DNA of 64,000 nucleotides from Promethearchaeota archaeon (lineage in GTDB: Archaea; Asgardarchaeota; Lokiarchaeia; Sigyniarchaeales; SOKP01). Positions 58,151 to 64,000 of this stretch are shown piece by piece. Below the pieces are notes generated by a model. That model was not told where the DNA came from, did no database searches, and saw only the letters and a program-made list of their open reading frames with translations. The DNA lies in contig JAHPZI010000014.1 in the NCBI GenBank assembly GCA_019058295.1, forward strand, positions 1 to 64,000. The letters run 5' to 3'. Numbering within the stretch: the stretch's first letter is position 1; every line of letters begins with the position of its first letter. The translations under genes and the position numbers were made by a program.

Positions 58151-59087
58151 CTACTTTCGTTAAAACTTTTTTCAAAAAACTGTTAACATTTGCTCCAGGA
58201 CGAAGTTCAACAGAATCTGGAAGGATTAATTTCGCAGATTCAGCAATTAATTTATTATCTACGGTCTGATTCAATCTACTTGCCCGTTCTGAAACAAATC
58301 TTGCCAGACCTATACTGGTGCGCAAGCTAGGAGGTTTCTCAATCGCAGGATCTTCCCGACACTGTATCATTATTTCTAAGATTTTCTCTTGTGTTAAAGC
58401 AGAAAGTTTATATTCTGGACAATTTGCGACCATTATTTTCTGTTCTAACGAACGTGGTGGATATCCCATGTGAATCCACACTTTTACTCGATCTTTGATT
58501 GCTGAAGGAAGCTTTCTAGTTCCTTTTAATTCAGCAGGGTTCATAGCAGCGATTACATAGAATTCTTCATCGACTTTTAACCAAGTTTTAAGTTGTGGTA
58601 TGTATAATCGCTTTTCTTCCATGGCATCTAACATACTGTTAAGAACATACTCATCACCTCTATTAAGTTCATTTGCTAGAAAGACACCTCCTTTTAGAGC
58701 AGAGAGTGTAAACGGTCCAGGAATATATGATTCCGGAGAGAACCCATATTTAAACACTAGAGTAGGATCAAATGAACCTATTAGTGTGGCTGGTCGAACT
58801 AAGTCCGAAAAAGTTACCCAGTAGAATTCTCGATTCAAATCAAAGGCGAATTTACGACAAAGAGCGGTTTTACCACATCCCACGGGTCCGACTATACCCA
58901 CAAATAATCCTGCGTTATACGCATCCTTCATGGCTTCATATGCATATTTATATTGGCCTTCTAAGACCAAATTGATATCCTCTTTAATATCAACTATTTT
59001 TTTAGATTCCATCAATTCTGAAAATTCTTTGGAATTTTCATCTATTGATTGAGTTTTTTTTTGCGTTGGTAAAGGTTTTTTTGCCAT
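58137..59087 (-). CDS. MoxR-family AAA+ ATPase
   Basis: GPVGCGKT, PGP, Walker B variant LANELNR, AAMNP, LPSAIKDR and PPSLR motifs. Confidence 0.9.
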   Translation of the reverse strand: MAKKPLPTQKKTQSIDENSKEFSELMESKKIVDIKEDINLVLEGQYKYAYEAMKDAYNAGLFVGIVGPVGCGKTALCRKFAFDLNREFYWVTFSDLVRPATLIGSFDPTLVFKYGFSPESYIPGPFTLSALKGGVFLANELNRGDEYVLNSMLDAMEEKRLYIPQLKTWLKVDEEFYVIAAMNPAELKGTRKLPSAIKDRVKVWIHMGYPPRSLEQKIMVANCPEYKLSALTQEKILEIMIQCREDPAIEKPPSLRTSIGLARFVSERASRLNQTVDNKLIAESAKLILPDSVELRPGANVNSFLKKVLTKVVGVS

Positions 59088-59135
59088 TATTTTTCATTTT
59101 TTTTTTTTAATTTTATATAAATATAATTTTTTTAT

Positions 59136-59672
59136 CTAATCTTCAAAAAATTTTTCAGTCTCCGTTGGCTGGATGACAATCGGGACTTCATATTTTAATT
59201 TCTTTATAGCATTTGTAATTTTATCATAATCGGTATCGTTAACAATACTTCTTCGAGTGAATCCTAATCTATCTGTTATAAATTTTCCTAAAAAGGTTTC
59301 TTTTAATCCTGAAATATTATATTTTCTCCCTTTTTTAAGAATTTTACATTGTTTTAACTCATCAATTCTCTTTACAAGAATTAGTTTAGCTATTGGCTGC
59401 CAAAATTCATTACTTTTCATAGTATCTAATAGAAAATCACGATGATTTATTTCCTCGTTCTTTAACATTACAGTAAGTTCCTTCAAAAAGTTCATAGAAA
59501 ATCTTCTTTTAAAATCATCAGAAGAAACATATTCTTGAATATCATTCTTCGCACTGAGAAAAACAGATTTAAGATCGTCCATCTTCCCGAGATAAATCTG
59601 TTCAAATTCATCCATAAATGATTTAACACCTTGTTCAATTCCTATAATTTGAGGAGCTTCGTTAGCACACAT
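59136..59672 (-). CDS. Hypothetical protein between the SMC-like ATPase and MoxR
   Basis: 178-aa ORF, 17 nt downstream of the SMC-like gene. Confidence 0.7.
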   Translation of the reverse strand: MCANEAPQIIGIEQGVKSFMDEFEQIYLGKMDDLKSVFLSAKNDIQEYVSSDDFKRRFSMNFLKELTVMLKNEEINHRDFLLDTMKSNEFWQPIAKLILVKRIDELKQCKILKKGRKYNISGLKETFLGKFITDRLGFTRRSIVNDTDYDKITNAIKKLKYEVPIVIQPTETEKFFED

Positions 59673-59689
59673 TTAATTCCCTTTTGGAT

Positions 59690-62224
59690 TTATCTTTCAA
59701 TTTTAATTTTTTTATTACATGTTATTTTATCTACATCTTGATGGGTGATTAACATTACTTGGGTATTTTCTGATAATGTATTTATATTAGATAATAAGGT
59801 GATTCGGTTATTAGAATCCATAAACTCTGTAGGCTCATCTATTAACAAAAAGGGGGGTGTTCCAATTAAATCTCCAAGCGCAATCTTGTATGCAAGTCCC
59901 AATATGAGTTTATGTCCTCCTCCTTGGTAAACTGCAGCAGGATAAAATTCGTCTGATACCATCTCATTTGGCACGACTGAAAGACTATAGTTTTCATTAT
60001 CTATAATAACTTTTTTAAACTCATCATCAGAAGATAGTTTTTGATGCAAGTTCAATATTTGTTTTTCAAGAACTTTTGAAGCGTTTTCGCGAATAATAGT
60101 TTGAACTTCTACGAATAATTTATGAAAATTTCGATATTTTTCCGCTAATACTTCTTTTTTATTTAGTAAAATTATTTCCTTTTCAATAGCAGCAAAATTT
60201 TTATCTAAATCGATAATTTGATTTCTGATTTCATTAAGATTTTCATTAGTCTCGTTTTTTTGATTATTTAAATGTTCCAATATAGTTGATATCTCAGATA
60301 TCTTGGTAATTATTAATTCTGTTAGCTCGTCTCTAATTTTAATAATATGTTCTAAAGATAGTTCTTCTTTCTTAACTTCCATTTTTTTGGCTATTTGAGA
60401 CAAGGTTTCATTTAAGTATTTCTGATCTTTTGAAGTTTCTTTTGACGTCTTTTCAATCTTCTCTTCAATTCTTTGTTTTGTAGAGGCAAAATTTTTAAGG
60501 AGATTTTCTTCTTCTGTTTGACATGACTTTTCTGCCACTGCAATTTCACCTTTAAATCCCTTTAATTTATCGTCTAACTCTTTTAATCGACTTGTTTGAT
60601 TTTCAATCGTATGTAATTCATTTTCTAAATCTTTTTCTATTCCTCGTAACTCCTCTAATTGTTTTTTATTTTTCTCAACTGTTTTTTCTTTTGATAAAAT
60701 CGAATTTTTAATTGTCTTTAATTTTTGATCTAATTCCTCATCAGAAGAGATTTTTCCCTTCTTTTCTTCTAAGTTCTCAATTTTTTGAATTGAATTCTCA
60801 ATAGTAAGTGTTCCTGAATTTAGTTCTTTTTCCTCTTCCCTTAAGGTTTTTAACTCGTTTTTTACTTCTATCTCTCTATTCTCATTAGACTTAATCTTAT
60901 TCCTTAGATCCTGCAACTTTTCCTTTAATAATTTCATCTCACTCTCAATTTTCGAATGTTCTATAGAAGCTCCGCAATATTCGCATTTTGGTTTATCTTT
61001 TGTTTGTTCTCTTCTTTTTAAAATTCCTTCAATGTCTCCATTTTCTCTTTCTGCATCTCTAAAAAAATTTTGTAAGCTTTCGACTTCTTTTTCAAGAGTA
61101 GATATCTTTTTTGAGATTATTTCCATTTGATTGGATTGAGTCTTTAATTTCTTTAAGAGCTCTTCTTTATTTCCTACATCATCAATAATTATTTTTAGAT
61201 CTTCTGAAATATCATTTAGTTGTTTTATAATATTTTCAGTTTCTATTTTGTTATTTTCCAATTCCCGAATTTCTTTTAAACTAGTCTCTATTTCTGTATC
61301 TGCTGATATTAGTTTATTATTATTATCTGTTAATTTTTTTTTTATAGAAGTTGTTTTTTTTTTTAAACTGCTCTGCGTTCCAAAGTTTTTCTTACTCCCT
61401 TCAAACTCTTTTTTAACCATATCTTCCTTTAATTTAATATCTTCGAATTTTCTTTTTGTCTCTTCGTAGGATTCGACTGAATTAGAAATCTTTTCTGTAG
61501 ATTCCTTAAAAATCTTAAAGCTTTTTAATTCATTTTCTTTATTTTGAACCTCCTTTTGAATTTCTTTCAATTTACCTTCTTGATTTTGTAATTTTTCTTT
61601 TTGTTCTATTTTTTCTTTTTTATATTGATCCAACGTAATTCTTAAAGTATCGATGTTTTTCGCTTCTTTTTCAAATTCTAAGGCTCGCGCTCGAAAAATA
61701 TCCGCTAATGTTGTGGCTGCGGTTATTCCAAAAACAATGTCTAATTTTTTAGAACCAGCAAGAATTTCTGATATTGTTCCTTGGTGGAAATGTATTCCTG
61801 TTTCAAAAAATCTTTTTGAAATTCCCATTAATTCATTAATTTTTAAAGATAGATCTTCTTCGCGATCACCAAAGTCTGATGATATAACATAGCTTTCACT
61901 GTCGTCATATATCTTTTTTAATGTATAAGATCCTTTAGCAGAACGATGCTTTCCAGATAATTTATGAATTCGCTGTAATTTGTATCTTTCACCATTTTTG
62001 CTCTTAAAAATAAGTTCCACACCTACAGCATTAGCTTTATAGGTTGCCAACTGCGAAATCTTTTTAAAGCCAAGCACATTTCCAAAAAGGCAGTATTCAA
62101 TGCCATAAAAAACTGTAGACTTACCCGCATTGTTTCTACCATAAATAAGATTGAATTCATCATCAAATTCTAAGCGGAGATCATCATGTTTCCGGAAATT
62201 TTTTAATCGAATCCCTTCAATCAT
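59690..62224 (-). CDS. Rad50/SbcC-like SMC-family ATPase with degenerate signature motif
   Basis: GRNNAGKS, Q-loop FHQG, CEYC hook (aa 414), YQGGGH in place of LSGG(E/Q), IDEPT, ITH; long coiled coils. Confidence 0.88.
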   Translation of the reverse strand: MIEGIRLKNFRKHDDLRLEFDDEFNLIYGRNNAGKSTVFYGIEYCLFGNVLGFKKISQLATYKANAVGVELIFKSKNGERYKLQRIHKLSGKHRSAKGSYTLKKIYDDSESYVISSDFGDREEDLSLKINELMGISKRFFETGIHFHQGTISEILAGSKKLDIVFGITAATTLADIFRARALEFEKEAKNIDTLRITLDQYKKEKIEQKEKLQNQEGKLKEIQKEVQNKENELKSFKIFKESTEKISNSVESYEETKRKFEDIKLKEDMVKKEFEGSKKNFGTQSSLKKKTTSIKKKLTDNNNKLISADTEIETSLKEIRELENNKIETENIIKQLNDISEDLKIIIDDVGNKEELLKKLKTQSNQMEIISKKISTLEKEVESLQNFFRDAERENGDIEGILKRREQTKDKPKCEYCGASIEHSKIESEMKLLKEKLQDLRNKIKSNENREIEVKNELKTLREEEKELNSGTLTIENSIQKIENLEEKKGKISSDEELDQKLKTIKNSILSKEKTVEKNKKQLEELRGIEKDLENELHTIENQTSRLKELDDKLKGFKGEIAVAEKSCQTEEENLLKNFASTKQRIEEKIEKTSKETSKDQKYLNETLSQIAKKMEVKKEELSLEHIIKIRDELTELIITKISEISTILEHLNNQKNETNENLNEIRNQIIDLDKNFAAIEKEIILLNKKEVLAEKYRNFHKLFVEVQTIIRENASKVLEKQILNLHQKLSSDDEFKKVIIDNENYSLSVVPNEMVSDEFYPAAVYQGGGHKLILGLAYKIALGDLIGTPPFLLIDEPTEFMDSNNRITLLSNINTLSENTQVMLITHQDVDKITCNKKIKIER

Positions 62225-62246
62225 AAAAATACCTCAAAAAATTGAT

Positions 62247-62486
62247 TTATTCATTATCTTTTAAATCTTCCATTACTACCTCATTTTCAAAAAGTCTCGC
62301 TTCAAACATTTCTTGAATCCGTTCAATTAACTCATCTTTCGCTTTCTTTAAAAGATTAAGAGTTTTTGTTAAATTCTTCTCATCATCATATAAATAGTTG
62401 GTAAATTCGAATAAGCGTGCTAAATTATTTTTTTCTCTATCGTTTAATTCAAATTTACTAAGGATTTCCGTAATTTCAAAATTCAT
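62247..62486 (-). CDS. Small acidic helical hypothetical protein, first gene of the SMC-MoxR-vWA operon
   Basis: 79-aa ORF with GGGGAG SD, 22 nt upstream of the SMC-like gene. Confidence 0.7.
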   Translation of the reverse strand: MNFEITEILSKFELNDREKNNLARLFEFTNYLYDDEKNLTKTLNLLKKAKDELIERIQEMFEARLFENEVVMEDLKDNE

Positions 62487-62698
62487 GCCGTTCTCCCCTA
62501 TTTACCTTAAATTTATGCTTTTATAATAATAGATTAAAGCTTATGTATGTAATTTTGACAGTTTGTCTTTAGCTTTCATATAATTTTTGAAAAAAGGGTT
62601 TAAAAACCAATATTTAATTTATAAGATTATTCTTTTTTTAATACCGAGGAGTAAAAAAATTTAGTAAAATAATAAAATCTCAAATTAAGTATGATACT

Positions 62699-63556
62699 AT
62701 GAGCGAACATTTTGCTTATGTGAATGGAGTTAAAATCTGCTATAAAATCCATGGTAAGGAGAAAAGTTACCCGATAATTTGTGTTCATGGTTTTGGTTCT
62801 AAAAAAGAAACATGGATATGTCAAGTTGGTATGCTTTCTGAGAAATATAAAGTTATCAATTACGATTTGCGTGGTTCAGGAATGTCTGAGCGGCCAAACA
62901 AACCGTTCACTATGGAAATGTTAGCGGATGACCTTGCTGGTCTTATGGATTTCTTAAAAATTGAAAGGGCTCATTTTTTAGGTTTTAGCATGGGCGGGAT
63001 GGTTATACAAAATTTTGTCATAAAATATCCTGAAAGGGTAAATAAAATTGTTTTAATCAACACGAGCGCAGGAATTTTACGGGAAGAGGGAATAGACATG
63101 TTTAAAAATAATCAACTCAGAAGAATCGAATTAATAAAACAAGATGCGGCTAAAGTTTTTTGGCAAGATGTAAAAGCAGGATTTTATATTAGATTTAGGA
63201 AGCAAATGGAGGCTAATCCTAAAAAGAAAATTCACGGTATTTGGTCACCGGAAGATCTCATCGAATATATTAAAACAAATCCTTCTACTCCTAAAGATGT
63301 TGAAAATCAAGCTTACGCAGTTAAGTCTCATAATACCTATGTTAGATTGAATGAAATTAAAAATGAGGTTTTATTGATTTCTGCCTCTCATGATCGACTT
63401 GTTCCTCGAGCTTCCATGCTTGATATTCATAAAAGAATTCATAATAGTATTTTCACGGTAATTGATAAAGCAGGACACGAAGTTCATAGATCAAGAGCCC
63501 CCGAAGTAAACAAAATAATCCTAGATTTTTTGGAAAGTAAAAAATTAAAATCATAA
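62699..63556 (+). CDS. Alpha/beta hydrolase
   Basis: HGF, DLRGSG.S, GFSMGG nucleophile elbow, D.LVP and AGH motifs. Confidence 0.9.
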   Translation: MSEHFAYVNGVKICYKIHGKEKSYPIICVHGFGSKKETWICQVGMLSEKYKVINYDLRGSGMSERPNKPFTMEMLADDLAGLMDFLKIERAHFLGFSMGGMVIQNFVIKYPERVNKIVLINTSAGILREEGIDMFKNNQLRRIELIKQDAAKVFWQDVKAGFYIRFRKQMEANPKKKIHGIWSPEDLIEYIKTNPSTPKDVENQAYAVKSHNTYVRLNEIKNEVLLISASHDRLVPRASMLDIHKRIHNSIFTVIDKAGHEVHRSRAPEVNKIILDFLESKKLKS

Positions 63557-63589
63557 ATTTAAAACATCTAAAAGAATTACTGCAATATT

Positions 63590-64000
63590 ATGAGTGAACA
63601 GTTTGCTGAAGTTAATGGAATAAAAATTTGTTATGAAATTCACGGCGATGGACATCCTGTAATTTTCGTTCATGGGTATGGTGCTGTAAAAGAAAATTGG
63701 ATGTGCCAAATTGGAGCAGTATCCGAAAAATTTAAAGTTATTGTATTTGACAATCGGGGTGCGGGTAAGTCAGATCGTCCTAACATACCTTATACCATGG
63801 ATATGTATCTAGAAGATATTAAGGGGTTAATGGACTTTCTGAAGATTGAGAAAACCCATATTGTGGGATGGTCTCTGGGAGGCATGATTGTTCAGAACTT
63901 TATATTAAAATATCCTGAACGAGTTAATAAATTGGTATTAATTAACACTTTTGCAGGCTTTCCTAACGAACAAGGACTTATCATGTATAAGGATGGTCTG
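63590..64000 (+). CDS. Alpha/beta hydrolase, tandem paralog (partial)
   Basis: Manual translation MSEQFAEVNGIKICYEIHG...HGY...DNRGAGKS...GWSLGG; runs off the window. Confidence 0.85.
   Translation, partial: MSEQFAEVNGIKICYEIHGDGHPVIFVHGYGAVKENWMCQIGAVSEKFKVIVFDNRGAGKSDRPNIPYTMDMYLEDIKGLMDFLKIEKTHIVGWSLGGMIVQNFILKYPERVNKLVLINTFAGFPNEQGLIMYKDGL

Noticed and set aside
59690-62224. Condensin Smc or Wadjet JetC
   Set aside because: It has a CxxC hook rather than a hinge domain, and no recognisable ScpA/ScpB or JetABD neighbours.
869-62824. Numerous 60-134 aa ORFs nested in or antisense to long genes (e.g. 3364, 4594, 11944, 23789, 26616, 29436, 31250, 41240, 52298, 61653)
   Set aside because: They overlap well-supported genes and show no recognisable motifs; this is expected antisense or off-frame openness.
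1-64000. tRNA, rRNA or intact IS elements
   Set aside because: No GC-rich structured intergenic segment, cloverleaf or transposase motif was seen by eye; tRNAscan-SE, Infernal and ISEScan would be needed to exclude them formally.

Overview
AT-rich (roughly 30% GC by eye) archaeal chromosomal window, most consistent with an Asgard archaeon of the Lokiarchaeia type. Supporting markers are Alba, a short histone, a Sec11-type signal peptidase, a gelsolin-domain protein, two longin-domain proteins, an SDS22-like LRR protein and surface proteins with acidic-linker/TM/basic-tail anchors. Layout: (1) 0.4-8 kb, eukaryote-like membrane/trafficking/cytoskeleton genes (Cwh43-like, NPRL2/folliculin-like longin, gelsolin, longin); (2) 8.7-11.1 kb, four paralogous 131-aa 4TM genes, three of them tandemly duplicated together with promoter and terminator; (3) 11.2-20.9 kb, beta-CASP nuclease, herA-nurA-mre11-rad50 and a HeH-SWIM-TIR protein; (4) 21-23 kb, histone, an unannotated 38-aa signal-peptide ORF, alba and sec11; (5) 23-50 kb, acyl-CoA catabolism (thiolase/DUF35, MaoC, cobO, IpdAB-like CoA-transferase pair, AOR, meaB plus an atypical B12 mutase, ACAD, and ETF genes split by a Gly-rich surface protein); (6) 55.5-62.5 kb, a five-gene operon with a second, Mre11-less Rad50/SMC-like ATPase plus MoxR AAA+ and vWA proteins. 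The best candidates for undescribed systems are the SMC-MoxR-vWA operon, the TIR-linked DNA-end-processing locus and the tiny secreted peptide. Three genes appear to start at ATC/ATT codons behind Shine-Dalgarno-like motifs. No rRNA, tRNA, CRISPR array or intact transposase was seen. All family calls rest on motif recognition from memory, not database searches.
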